Part shown: positions 8,420 to 18,260 of the stretch, in pieces | How positions within the stretch are numbered: the stretch's first letter is position 1 | Layout: every line of letters starts with the position of its first letter | Assembly (NCBI GenBank): GCA_963817955.1 | Contig: CAWFQK010000002.1 | Coordinates: forward strand, 480,001-544,000 | Source of the DNA: an uncultured Gemmatimonadaceae bacterium | Lineage (GTDB): Bacteria > Gemmatimonadota > Gemmatimonadetes > Gemmatimonadales > Gemmatimonadaceae | Reading direction: 5' to 3' | Length of the DNA: 64,000 nucleotides | Position numbers and translations under genes: made by a program | The notes under the pieces: generated by a model | The model's input: only the letters and a program-made list of their open reading frames with translations | The model's database searches: none | What the model was told of the DNA's origin: nothing

Positions 8420-10939
8420 CTACCCACGGAGCGTCGAGGACGGGTCCACGCGGGTCGTGCGTGCGGCCGGCACATACGCCGCAATGACTCCAATGATCAA
8501 GAGGATGACCGCTGCCGCAGCAACGCTGAGCGGATTGCCTGAGCCCACACCATAGAGGACTCCGCGCATGACCCGGGCCGCCACAATGCTTCCCAGAATA
8601 CCAATGGTGATCCCGACGCAGACCGGAGATAGCGCGCGACCAACGACTGACGCTCTCACGTCGGCGGGAGTCGCACCGATCGCCATCCGGATTGCGAGCT
8701 CGTGGCGGCGTTCCTGAACGGCGGCAGCAACCAACGCGTACAGGCCGATTGCGGCAATGAGCGCCGCCGCAGTTGACAATGCCGCGAGGGTGCCGGCAAG
8801 GAACCGTGGTCGCGCTAGGCGATCCGCCAGGATCTCGCCGCCCGTCTGCACTTCCCGGAGGCCAAAGGCTGGATTCGCCGCATGAAGCACGCGCGTCATG
8901 ATCGGGAGCGCGGCGCGTGGGTCTGGTCCAGTGGTGCGCAGGAGCAAGAACATGGGTGCAGAAGTGGTCTGTCGGACGGGGACGTACACCGTTGGGGCCG
9001 CTGGCATGACCAGGTCGCGTTCGCGGGCATCGGCGGCGACGCCGACGACTGTGCGCCATGGCTGTGCCGAGTCCGCGGGATTCAGCCGCACCCGGTGGCC
9101 AATTAGGTCGGTGCCGCCCCACGCGTTGCGTGCGAACGCCTCGTTCACCACCGCGACAGGAAGAGTCCCCTCTCGATCGAAGCGTGTGAAATCTCGGCCG
9201 TGCCGCAGCACGATACCGAGCGTGGCGAAGTGGTTCTCGAGTCCCGGCTCGAACGCTGCGCGCCGCGTAGCGGCTGCGGTCGCGTTGAGCGCATCGCCAC
9301 CGTCGATCTCATATGCGATTCCTCCGCCGGAACCGGAAAACGGGCGCATGAGCGTTGTGGTGACACCGCGAATGCCGGGCGACTTCGGTAGCTCCGTGGC
9401 CATGGCATCCAGTACTGCGCGGTATCGTGCGGCGCCCATACTCCAGTTCTCTGTCCTGGCATCGAAAGGAGTCATGTCCTCGAGTCCCACTATGAGGAGC
9501 GACTCAGCCGCGAAGCCAACCGGTATGTGCTGCAGCGCATTCATGGTTTGAACGAGGAGTCCGGCGCCAGAGAGAACGACGACCGCCAGCGCGACCTGCG
9601 CGCCCACCAGGAGCCGCCTGCTCTGTTCACTCGCATGGGCGCCAACCAGCGTCCGGCTCCCGCTCCGCATTGCGCGATCAAGGCTGTGGCGGACTGCGGA
9701 TCGCGCCGGCGCCAGGCCAAACACGAGGATGGCGCCGCAGGAAATCGCGAAAGCCAGCCCGAGAACGCTCCCATTCAGGCCGATCTCCTTGAAGCGGACG
9801 AGCGCGGGCGGTGCGGCGCGCGCAGCAACCTCCAACAGCGTCGCGGCGCCCATCGTGCCCAGAAGGCCCGCAGCGAGCGCAAGGAGAAAGCTCTCGACCA
9901 GAAGTTGCTGCACGAGCCGCCCGGGGCCTGCTCCGAGCGCTGCACGAGTGGCGAGCTCGAGTTGGCGCTTGAGACCGCGGGTAATCAGCAGCCCCGTAGC
10001 GTTCGCAAGCGCCATCACGAAGACGAGAACGACCGCAGCGGCGAAAATGAACAGCACGGGTCGGAGGTCGCCCAGGATGTACTGAATGAGCGGTACGACG
10101 GCGGCGACCCGCGTGTTCCCGGGGCCCAGCGTTGCTGGCAGAGGGAATTCGCTCAGATAGCTGTTGAACGCGGAGCGAGCCTGCGCCGCGGTCGCTCCCG
10201 GTCGCAGTCGTGCGACGATCTCCGCCGGGAACCCTGACGTCGGTCCCGGATTTGACATGAGCAAACGCTCAACAGGGTGGAGCGATGCCCAGACATCGGT
10301 CCCATTCGGAAAATCCAGGCCCGGCGGTGCGACGCCGATGATTCGCTCTGGACCATCGATGAGCGTCAGTGTACGACCGACCACGCTCGGGTCAGCGCCG
10401 AAGTCGCGCTGCCACGTTGTATATCCGAGGACCACGCTTGGAGGCGCACCCGGCGCGTCGTCGGCTGCGCTGAATAGTCTTCCAGCCACGGGTGCGACTC
10501 CGAGCACGTCGAAGAAGGCTCCGTCTACCATTGAGACGGACATCGGAAGTAACCGATCTTGGTATGATGCGGCGAAGGGCTGCGGACTGGCCTGCGCGAA
10601 TGCGGCGACTCGCGCGAACGCCGCCCCTTTGCCAGCAAGAGCTGGCACACCGCCACTCGGCAGGCCAAGCGCAACGTCTGTTTTCCCTCGTTGGGCAGCC
10701 CGGAGCACTACGAGCCGATCCTGATCCCGCACTGGAAGTGGATGGAGCACCACTGCATCGAGGATCCCGGCCGTGGCAGTCACCCCTCCAATGCCGATCC
10801 CAAGAGTGAGCACCACGAGGATCGCTGTGCCGCGGCCGGTCCGAAGCAACGACCGAACACCAAAACTGACATCTCGGCGAAGAGCAGCGAACGCGCGACC
10901 AATCCTGTAGGGAGCGCCGAATACGGGGCTGGGCATCAT
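8420..10939 (-). CDS. Duplicated MacB/FtsX-type ABC permease (ADOP-like)
   Basis: RDVSFGVRSL..TLGIGIGG; ELATRAALGA; QVALAVVVLSGAGLL; RRHELAIRMAIGA; PAARTTRVDP. Confidence 0.9.
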   Translation of the reverse strand: MMPSPVFGAPYRIGRAFAALRRDVSFGVRSLLRTGRGTAILVVLTLGIGIGGVTATAGILDAVVLHPLPVRDQDRLVVLRAAQRGKTDVALGLPSGGVPALAGKGAAFARVAAFAQASPQPFAASYQDRLLPMSVSMVDGAFFDVLGVAPVAGRLFSAADDAPGAPPSVVLGYTTWQRDFGADPSVVGRTLTLIDGPERIIGVAPPGLDFPNGTDVWASLHPVERLLMSNPGPTSGFPAEIVARLRPGATAAQARSAFNSYLSEFPLPATLGPGNTRVAAVVPLIQYILGDLRPVLFIFAAAVVLVFVMALANATGLLITRGLKRQLELATRAALGAGPGRLVQQLLVESFLLALAAGLLGTMGAATLLEVAARAAPPALVRFKEIGLNGSVLGLAFAISCGAILVFGLAPARSAVRHSLDRAMRSGSRTLVGAHASEQSRRLLVGAQVALAVVVLSGAGLLVQTMNALQHIPVGFAAESLLIVGLEDMTPFDARTENWSMGAARYRAVLDAMATELPKSPGIRGVTTTLMRPFSGSGGGIAYEIDGGDALNATAAATRRAAFEPGLENHFATLGIVLRHGRDFTRFDREGTLPVAVVNEAFARNAWGGTDLIGHRVRLNPADSAQPWRTVVGVAADARERDLVMPAAPTVYVPVRQTTSAPMFLLLRTTGPDPRAALPIMTRVLHAANPAFGLREVQTGGEILADRLARPRFLAGTLAALSTAAALIAAIGLYALVAAAVQERRHELAIRMAIGATPADVRASVVGRALSPVCVGITIGILGSIVAARVMRGVLYGVGSGNPLSVAAAAVILLIIGVIAAYVPAARTTRVDPSSTLRG

Positions 10940-11005
10940 TGGATTTCTGACTCAGGCGTAATAGGAGGACCGTCCGACCCACATCACACGCGCCGCCTGT
11001 TTATA

Positions 11006-11026
11006 TACAATACTCAACGTATTGTA
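11006..11026. promoter_or_regulatory. Palindromic operator-like site upstream of the permease
   Basis: TACAATAC-TCAAC-GTATTGTA, 8-bp perfect arms, ~70 bp upstream of the 10939 start. Confidence 0.5.
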
Positions 11027-11042
11027 AAGCCTGGCAACGCCT

Positions 11043-12989
11043 TCAGATCGGGCCGACCATCCGCTGCAACGCGTGCACGATCGCCCGCGAGAGCTGATCC
11101 GGATGCCGCACGATCGTGTAGCCTGTCGGACCGAACACGTGCGGCAGATACTCGGCGCCTTCCTGGTCGATCGTCAGACAGAAAGGGCGCACGCCCGCCG
11201 CCCGCGCCTCGAGCACCGCGCGCCGCGAATCCTCGATGCCGTACTCCCCGTGGTACCCATCCGCATCGTTCGGTCGCCCGTCGGACACGAGCAGCAGCAC
11301 GCGATGCCCCGCCTGTTGCGCGATGAGCTCTGCCGTCGCGTAGCGGACCACGCCACCGAGCCGCGTGAAGCCGCGCGGCTCCACGGGCGCCATACGGCGC
11401 CGGCTCAGCGCGCCGCCAGTTTCGTGAAATCGCTTGATCGGCACGACCGCCACGTTCTCGACCGTCTGGCCGGCGAACGCGAACACGGCATACGGATCGC
11501 CCATCGCATCGAGGGCGCTGGCCGCAACCATCATCGCTTGCTTTTCGACATCGATGATTCGAGACCCATCACCCAGCAGCTTGCCCGTCGACCCACTGGC
11601 ATCGACGAGTAGCGCGATCGCGAGCGGGCGCCGGGCCCGGCGCACCCCGCGATACACGCGATCGTCCGGTGACATCCCGAGCCGTCGTTCGATCGTCGCC
11701 TCGACCCAGGCCGCAAGATCGATCTCGTCGCCGGTCGTCTGCCGCGACTCGTGCACGCGCCGCGCCGCACGGACCTCGAGCACGCGCCGTGCCTCGGCGA
11801 TCATCGGCCGCAGCGCGGGCGCGATGATCGCATCAGCAGCTCCGCCGACTGCGGGCTCGTACACGCGAACGCCAGTCGCGGCGCGCTTATACGAATTCGA
11901 ATTCGCGTCCCACTCGTCGAACCAGATCGGGTCGGGCAGCACGGCCGCATCGGGGTCGTTCGAGAGTCGCCAATCCTGACGCGGTGGCGGCAGCGGCCGA
12001 CTCGCGTCAGCCGGTGGACGCGCCTGCCGATCGGCGCGCGGCGGCGGCGCGCCAGTCCACTTCGGCGGCGCGGCGTTCGTGTTGCTCGCGCCGGAGTCCG
12101 TCAGCTCCTCGATCGTCGAGCGCCCGTCGAACGAGTCACTGGTCTTGCGCGTCGCCGCCTCCGAGTTGGCTTCGGTGCGCCCGCCCGAGAACTTGCGCAT
12201 GGTGATGTGCTCCATCGGCCGCGCGTGCTCTCGCTTCCAATCAGGTGAGCGCGGATCTGGATTGATCGCGTCCCCGTCGACGCGGCCCCACGACACCACG
12301 GGCGGAAGCCCGCGATAGTCGGTCGACCGCAGGCGAATCGTACCCGCACACGCCTGGGCCCAGGCGAGCGATTCCTCCGGCGACGGCGCGTTGACGGGCG
12401 GCACTTCGGCGGCCGATGTCAGCGTGGCGCGGATGATGTCTTCGACTGCTCGCTCGGAAGTCGTCATCCCAGCCACCCACGGGCGCCGTTTCAATGCCCG
12501 CGCGCGCTCCGCCCGTACCGTGGGCGCGAGCGGCGGATGTCGGCTGACAATAATGGCGTCAATCGCCGCACCTTCGGCGAGCAGAAAGAGATCGCGCGCG
12601 AGCGGATCGCCCGCCGGCATCGCGAGCCGCGTACCGCGTACGATCCGCTCCGACTGCTGCAGTGCCATCAGACGATAGATGTCGAGCGCCGCCGCTGCCG
12701 TATGCTTGCGGGTGAGCGCTGCGGGCAATTGCACGCGCTCACCATCCGTGCTGGGCAGCGCGATCGGTCGTTGCGCCACTGCATACCACAGCCGCTCGTA
12801 TGGGCTGTCCGGCGGATCCGGCGTCGCCTGAATGGGGATCGGCCGGCCGTACAGTGCCGAGACGAAGAGTTCGACGCGCCGGCGAACGCCCGCGAGCTGT
12901 GGCGTCTCCGGGCGTGCGACATGCTCCGCAAGCACGTCACGGGCGCGACAGACCGCCGCACGAAGTTTCAGGCGATAGCGTCGCAACAT
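11043..12989 (-). CDS. norD: NorD/CbbO-type VWA-domain activation protein
   Basis: FDEWD...Y; GDEIDLAAWV; MIDAS motif LLVDASGST; TRLGGVVR; LLLVSDGRPNDAD.Y.GEYGIEDSRRAV.EAR; downstream of norQ. Confidence 0.85.
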   Translation of the reverse strand: MLRRYRLKLRAAVCRARDVLAEHVARPETPQLAGVRRRVELFVSALYGRPIPIQATPDPPDSPYERLWYAVAQRPIALPSTDGERVQLPAALTRKHTAAAALDIYRLMALQQSERIVRGTRLAMPAGDPLARDLFLLAEGAAIDAIIVSRHPPLAPTVRAERARALKRRPWVAGMTTSERAVEDIIRATLTSAAEVPPVNAPSPEESLAWAQACAGTIRLRSTDYRGLPPVVSWGRVDGDAINPDPRSPDWKREHARPMEHITMRKFSGGRTEANSEAATRKTSDSFDGRSTIEELTDSGASNTNAAPPKWTGAPPPRADRQARPPADASRPLPPPRQDWRLSNDPDAAVLPDPIWFDEWDANSNSYKRAATGVRVYEPAVGGAADAIIAPALRPMIAEARRVLEVRAARRVHESRQTTGDEIDLAAWVEATIERRLGMSPDDRVYRGVRRARRPLAIALLVDASGSTGKLLGDGSRIIDVEKQAMMVAASALDAMGDPYAVFAFAGQTVENVAVVPIKRFHETGGALSRRRMAPVEPRGFTRLGGVVRYATAELIAQQAGHRVLLLVSDGRPNDADGYHGEYGIEDSRRAVLEARAAGVRPFCLTIDQEGAEYLPHVFGPTGYTIVRHPDQLSRAIVHALQRMVGPI

Positions 12990-13076
12990 TCACCGGCTCC
13001 GGCTCAATGACGCCGAGCACCAGTCGCGAGCCGGCGTCAGAAGCACGCCGATAGCGCACCGCCCGCAGCCCGTCTC

Positions 13077-13892
13077 CTAAAACGTGGCATCCACAACATC
13101 CCCGATCGCCGAAAGCAGCTCCGGATCGTCGGTGAGGGGCCCGGCCAACCCGACGAGGCACGCCTCGCGCGGCTTGATCCCCTCCCCAATCAGCCTTCCA
13201 ACGCTCACTAGCAGACGCGTCCCTGGCACTTCGGCCAACCCCTGGTCCTTGAGCGCGCGCACGCGCTGGGCAAGCGCGACGAGCCGCTTGGCCGTCGACT
13301 GGTCGACGCCCGTTTCGTGGACGACGATTTTCGCCTCGATCTTGGGGTCTGGAAACTCGAATTCCAGCGTGATGAAGCGCTGTCGAGTGCTCGGCTTGAG
13401 GTCTTTGATGGCGCGCTGGTAGCCTGGATTGTAGGAGACGACGAGCTGGAACTCGTCGCCCGCCTGGATCAACTCGCCCGTCTTGTCGAGCGGCAAGGTG
13501 CGCCGGTCGTCGGTAAGCGAGTGGATGACGACGGTCGTGTCCTGACGCGCCTCGACGACCTCGTCGAGATAGCAGATGGCGCCGATGCGAGCGGCGACCG
13601 TGAGGGGCCCGTCCATCCAGACGGTGTCGCCGCCCCGAATCAGGTAGCGGCCGAGCAGGTCGCTCGCCGAGAGATCGTCGTGGCACGAGATGGTGATCAG
13701 CGGCCTCCCCAGGCGCCACGCCATGTGTTCGACGAAGCGCGTCTTGCCGCACCCGGTCGGCCCCTTGAGCATCACAGGAAGTCGCCGCGCGTGCGCCGCG
13801 GTGAAGACGTCGATCTCTTGGGCCGCCGGAATGTAGAATGGCTCGTGGGCGAATCGGCGCGCCTCTCGCTCGTTGGGTACGCGCTCGCTCAC
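13077..13892 (-). CDS. norQ: CbbQ/NirQ/NorQ family MoxR AAA+ ATPase
   Basis: PVMLKGPTGCGKTRFVEHMA; CHDDLSASDL; CYLDEVVEARQDT; SYNPGYQ...DLKPSTRQRF. GTG start at 13892 inferred. Confidence 0.92.
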   Translation of the reverse strand: MSERVPNEREARRFAHEPFYIPAAQEIDVFTAAHARRLPVMLKGPTGCGKTRFVEHMAWRLGRPLITISCHDDLSASDLLGRYLIRGGDTVWMDGPLTVAARIGAICYLDEVVEARQDTTVVIHSLTDDRRTLPLDKTGELIQAGDEFQLVVSYNPGYQRAIKDLKPSTRQRFITLEFEFPDPKIEAKIVVHETGVDQSTAKRLVALAQRVRALKDQGLAEVPGTRLLVSVGRLIGEGIKPREACLVGLAGPLTDDPELLSAIGDVVDATF

Positions 13893-14204
13893 GGCGCGGT
13901 CGGTGTTCGCTCGAAGGGATGTCACGGGAGACAGATTATACAGGATTCCATAAGAGCGCCACTGGGCCGCGACCGATGGCGATGCGGATATCGACGGATC
14001 TGGGAGGCCTTCACAAGCTACGCATTCAACCACTTTGCCAGACAGACGCTGGTCTTAGGCGACGACGCATACTCCCCATACGCTGCGATTCCGACCAATC
14101 CCACGCTGCAGGAGCTCCGCATTCATGGCTGCAATGAGCGCCGCCGAAACAGGACTGTGTAGCGCCGCATCAGTGATATGCAGCGCATTGCTCGTTGCGA
14201 TCAT

Positions 14205-15206
14205 CTAGCCGGCGTTCAGGATCAACCGCAGACGATCGGACAGGGCGCGGCTCTTGTCGTCGCCGGTCACGATCTCGATCGCATCGGGGCCGGTGGCGCC
14301 GAGCCCCAACTCCACGGCACGCGCGATCTGCTCCTGCTTCCAGATGCCGCGGCTCATGATGGCGTCGTTCGCGCCGAGCGACTTGAGCATGGCAACACCC
14401 ACGGCGTCCACGGCTACGCGGTCGTGGCCGGCGATCATCACGTTGCCCTGCTTCAGCACGCCCTGTGACGGTCCACCATCCGTGAACACCGACACGCCAT
14501 CGAGCACGATGAGTTGTGGCTGGTATCCGGTGTTGAGCTCGGCAATCATCCGCCGCATGTCGGGCGAGCGGTGCATCGTTCGGCGGATGGGTTTCGGGGT
14601 GAGACCAACCGACAACTTGAGCGACATGGTGAATACGCCGCCCGAGCCATGCGTCTTGAGGCAGCAGGTCGACACCGTGTACGGTGATTCGACGATGAGC
14701 CGCGGCAGGTGAAAGCCGTCGGGCCAGTGACTGCTCGGCGGATTGAGCGACACCCAGTCATTCTCGCTGATCTGCTCAAAGTCCACGATGTCGAAACGCA
14801 GATCGCGCGCAAGATCGAAGGTGCCCTTCTTCTCCATGACCCCGTGCGTCTGCGGCGGCCCGCTCGATTCACCGAGCGTTACACTGCGCGCTCCACGCTC
14901 GTGCAGCTCGGTGACGATCTGCGACAGCGTATCATTGTGCGTGGATGCAGGCGTGTCGTCCGCAGAATTGAAGTTGGGCTTCACCACGACGCGCTTGCCG
15001 TTGATGGCACGCAAGTCGAGCAGCTTCAGAACCTGGGCGACGCCCTGCTTGCGGTCGGCCGTGGCGACCAGGGCCACGCGACTCCGGGATGGGGGCGGTG
15101 CAAGCACGCGAGCCATACGCTGAAGGTCTAGTCCGGGCGCGAGCGCAATGCCGACGGACGCCGAGCGGACGAAATCGCGACGAGAGATACCGCGCGCTGA
15201 GGCCAC
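14205..15206 (-). CDS. DUF362 domain protein with Tat signal
   Basis: SRRDFVRS twin-arginine signal; VVVKPN, LKTH, TMSLKL, DRVAVDAV motifs. GTG start inferred. Confidence 0.85.
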   Translation of the reverse strand: MASARGISRRDFVRSASVGIALAPGLDLQRMARVLAPPPSRSRVALVATADRKQGVAQVLKLLDLRAINGKRVVVKPNFNSADDTPASTHNDTLSQIVTELHERGARSVTLGESSGPPQTHGVMEKKGTFDLARDLRFDIVDFEQISENDWVSLNPPSSHWPDGFHLPRLIVESPYTVSTCCLKTHGSGGVFTMSLKLSVGLTPKPIRRTMHRSPDMRRMIAELNTGYQPQLIVLDGVSVFTDGGPSQGVLKQGNVMIAGHDRVAVDAVGVAMLKSLGANDAIMSRGIWKQEQIARAVELGLGATGPDAIEIVTGDDKSRALSDRLRLILNAG

Positions 15207-15369
15207 AATCGCTTCCTTGGTTGAGCGTCTCGGGGAGGGGCATCCCAATGTGCGCATCGACAAGAAATTCCGAAAGAGACAAGATCGAAGAGCCGCATCT
15301 CGCTACCATTCCCTTCCCGTTCGCTCGGAATTGTCGCATCACGTTGCGGCCGACGAGGCTCGCCTTTCA

Positions 15370-16500
15370 TCATTTCATACTAGGAAACGAAAGACTATGG
15401 TAAGCGCGTACGGCCGGCGGACAGAAGTCGCAACGGCGCGCCAGCACGCGGAACTGGCTCAGCGTGACGTCGGGTGAGAGAAACCCGGGCTTCACTGGCT
15501 CGACGCGCATCAGATCGGTGCTGAAGTACTTCTGGTTGGAGTCGGCAAACACTGTCGCCACGATCGCGCCGGCGCCAAGCCGTTGCTGTGCCTCGATGGC
15601 GCCGAGGAAGTTGGCGCCGGACGAGATGCCGACGGCCAGGCCCAGCGAACTGGCCAGCGCTTGCGCCATGAGGATCGCGTCGCCGTCATCCACCGCCAGC
15701 ACGTCGTCGAGAAACGCAAAGTCCACGATGGCGGGCACGAACTCGTCAGAGATCCCTTGTATACGGTGTTTGCCCACTTTGTGGCCAGTGGACATGGTGG
15801 GAGAATTGGCCGGCTCGAGCGGAAAGACCTTTGCGTCGGCACGTTGCGCCCTCAGGTAGCGTCCCACTCCCATCACCGTCCCGCCGGTTCCGACGCCGGC
15901 CACGAATGCATCGGGGCCGTTCATGGCGACCGTACAGAGTTGGGCGACTATCTCGGGGCCCGTCGTCAACTCGTGCGCCTCTGGGTTGAAGGTGTTGCTG
16001 AACTGGCGCGGCAGGAACGACCCAGGCGTCCGCGCGCCGAGCGACTCGGCTCGTTCTATGGAACCAAGGAAGCCGCCTTCTGCTTTCGAGACGAGCTGGA
16101 TATCGGCCCCGAGCGAGCGGATGAGGTTGATGCGCTCACTGGACATCCAGTCGGGCATGAAGATCGTCACCGGATTGCCCAACGCACGCCCCAGCGCGGC
16201 GAAAGAAATACCGGTGTTGCCACTGGTCGCCTCGATAATGCGTCCGCCAGGCACGAGCGCCCCGCATTCATAGGCGCGCCGCAGAATGTGAAGCGCCATG
16301 CGGTCCTTGACGCTTCCCGTGAGGTTCATCGATTCCAGCTTCGCGTACACCGTGCGAGGTTCACCGCGAAAGGTGAAGTCGATTGCGGCTAACGGCGAGT
16401 TGCCGACCAGGGCGGTCAGCGACTCGATGCGGTTGAGGGCCGCCGTCGATTCGGCGTCCAGGAGCACAGGCAGGGGCGCGGCTTCAGATGGCGTAGACAT
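15370..16500 (-). CDS. PLP-dependent cysteine synthase family protein
   Basis: [16 protein letters not shown] (PLP Lys); [28 protein letters not shown]. Confidence 0.92.
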   Translation of the reverse strand: MSTPSEAAPLPVLLDAESTAALNRIESLTALVGNSPLAAIDFTFRGEPRTVYAKLESMNLTGSVKDRMALHILRRAYECGALVPGGRIIEATSGNTGISFAALGRALGNPVTIFMPDWMSSERINLIRSLGADIQLVSKAEGGFLGSIERAESLGARTPGSFLPRQFSNTFNPEAHELTTGPEIVAQLCTVAMNGPDAFVAGVGTGGTVMGVGRYLRAQRADAKVFPLEPANSPTMSTGHKVGKHRIQGISDEFVPAIVDFAFLDDVLAVDDGDAILMAQALASSLGLAVGISSGANFLGAIEAQQRLGAGAIVATVFADSNQKYFSTDLMRVEPVKPGFLSPDVTLSQFRVLARRCDFCPPAVRAYHSLSFPSMK

Positions 16501-16771
16501 GGCGTGAAATCTATGGAATGGTCAGCGCACGTAGAGCTCGGCGCTCCCAAAGGGCTTGGAAGGGTTATGTTCGGTCCAAGTTATTCGGTTGCCTTGGTTT
16601 GCGCACCGTGGATGTCGCGCGTCCAGGCGCGACGCCATTGCACATGGCGTAACCCACGTCGGAGTAAGGGGGCTGTAGCATCCGCCAAGTCGTCGTATAA
16701 TGTCGAGCGGCGGGGGAAGGCGAACGGAGTCTCCGCACGAAGACCTTGGCTGTCAACCGAGGTGGTAGACA

Positions 16772-17548
16772 ATGGCATGCCGACATATAGCCTCTATCGC
16801 ACTCATCGCGGCTGCGTGGCAAGCCATGCCGGTAATGGCACAGTCGACGACGCTCGTGGTGAGCGTCGCCGATGCCCATTCCGGTAAACCGCTGATGGGC
16901 GCTCAAGTCCGCCTGCCAACGCTTGGCCGACTCGCGCGTGCAGACTGGCTCGGCGAAACGCGCATCTCCGCCGTGCCGCGCGGACGCTACGAAATCGTAG
17001 TGAGAGCGCTGGGATATGCGCCCTCTGACATCATGCTCGATGTGGCCGGCGATAGCGTGGGCGCCGTGTTCATGCTCGAACCCGTTGCGACTGGATTGGA
17101 TACGGTTCGCGTGTTCGCACCGGTCGTCTCGCAACGCCTGGAACCGTTCGAGATGCGACGCCGGATGGGCATCGGGCGCTTTCTTGCCGAGTCAGCCCTT
17201 GTGAAGGAAGGGACGCGCAGTCTCGCAAACGTTCTCGTAACTCACTTGCCGGGATTGCGACTCGTACCCGACGACCCGGCGTCGTTCATGACGGTCAAGT
17301 CCAGTGGTACGAGCGGCAATATATGGGACTTCGACAACACGGCCCTGGGAACCTGTAAGGTGGATATCTACCTGGACGGCGTTCCGCTCATTGATCACTT
17401 GGAGTCGGTGTTCCCGGCTGACCTGGCGGGTGTCGAACTGTACAACATGTCGTCGGCGCCGGCTCAGTATCGTCAGGCCGCGGGGATTGGCTCACCGGGC
17501 GGCCGATACGCCTCGTGCAAAGTGCTACTACTCTGGACCAAGTTCTAG
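16772..17548 (+). CDS. Exported carboxypeptidase-regulatory-like/plug-like protein
   Basis: Signal peptide; VRALGY; FEMRRRMGIGRF; CKVDIYLDG...GVELY...CKVLLLWTK. Confidence 0.75.
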   Translation: MACRHIASIALIAAAWQAMPVMAQSTTLVVSVADAHSGKPLMGAQVRLPTLGRLARADWLGETRISAVPRGRYEIVVRALGYAPSDIMLDVAGDSVGAVFMLEPVATGLDTVRVFAPVVSQRLEPFEMRRRMGIGRFLAESALVKEGTRSLANVLVTHLPGLRLVPDDPASFMTVKSSGTSGNIWDFDNTALGTCKVDIYLDGVPLIDHLESVFPADLAGVELYNMSSAPAQYRQAAGIGSPGGRYASCKVLLLWTKF

Positions 17549-17579
17549 CAGAAGCCGCGACTACCCTGCACGATTGATG

Positions 17580-17906
17580 AGAAAAGAGAACTGGAAAAGG
17601 GGACTACAAAGAGAACTGCAAGCGTACGGAAGAGGGAGGCGCGTATCGGTGGAATGAATCGTGATTGCCGAGTCCACAATCATTCCGCCTATATCGTTGA
17701 TGATCCCGACCTGGGCGATAGCGTCGGAGCGTCACGACGGCATCAGCCAAGACTTCCAGGCGAAACAATCCTTCACGGTCCTCTGCCGTTCTCTGCGTTC
17801 TCTTGCAGTGCTCTGCGACCTCTGCGTTCAAAAGTTGTTGGGCCGCTGTGCGGTAAAACGCCGTTCTGCCGGTCGCAGAGATCCTTCGCTTCGCTCAGGA
17901 TGACAG
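17580..17906. repeat. Dispersed intergenic repeat, copy 1 (conserved ~155-bp core plus one REP-like end)
   Basis: 17624-17778 aligns closely with 32168-32321. Ends in CAGAGATCCTTCGCTTCGCTCAGGATGACAG (17876-17906). Lies between convergent genes. Confidence 0.85.
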
Positions 17907-17958
17907 GGTTTCGTTCACGACGACTGGCTTCCCGTGTCCCGTTTCCCGTATCCCCGAA

Positions 17959-18165
17959 TCAGCGCGATCGCCGGCGCTCCAGGATCAGCCCGTACACATT
18001 GACCGGGATCGCGCAACAACAGGCTATCCACAGTTTGAACCACGTCCCCTGTACGCCTACCAGGGTCATCAAGCCGAACATCGCAAGCGTGGTCAGGATC
18101 GCGACTGATATGAACTTTACAATGAGGACGACTGAGGCTTGGCGTGTGTCGACTTCAGCGTCCAT
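17959..18165 (-). CDS. Small two-TM hypothetical membrane protein
   Basis: MDAEVDTRQASVVLIVKF...; RBS AAGGA; two hydrophobic segments. Confidence 0.55.
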   Translation of the reverse strand: MDAEVDTRQASVVLIVKFISVAILTTLAMFGLMTLVGVQGTWFKLWIACCCAIPVNVYGLILERRRSR

Positions 18166-18260
18166 ATCCTTGTTCGGTGGAAGTCCAAATCGATCGGATC
18201 GACGTAACCATTGATCGCGCGGCCGGGCGACAGGTCGTCGCCCGGACCGGCCCCCTCGGC

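Noticed and set aside
17697..17770. Hammerhead ribozyme in the repeat core (TTGATGA ... CGAAAC)
   Set aside because: The core is UUGAUGA rather than CUGAUGA, GAAA is not conserved in copy 2 (CGAGAC), and I could not build stems I-III. A covariance search would be needed to reopen this.
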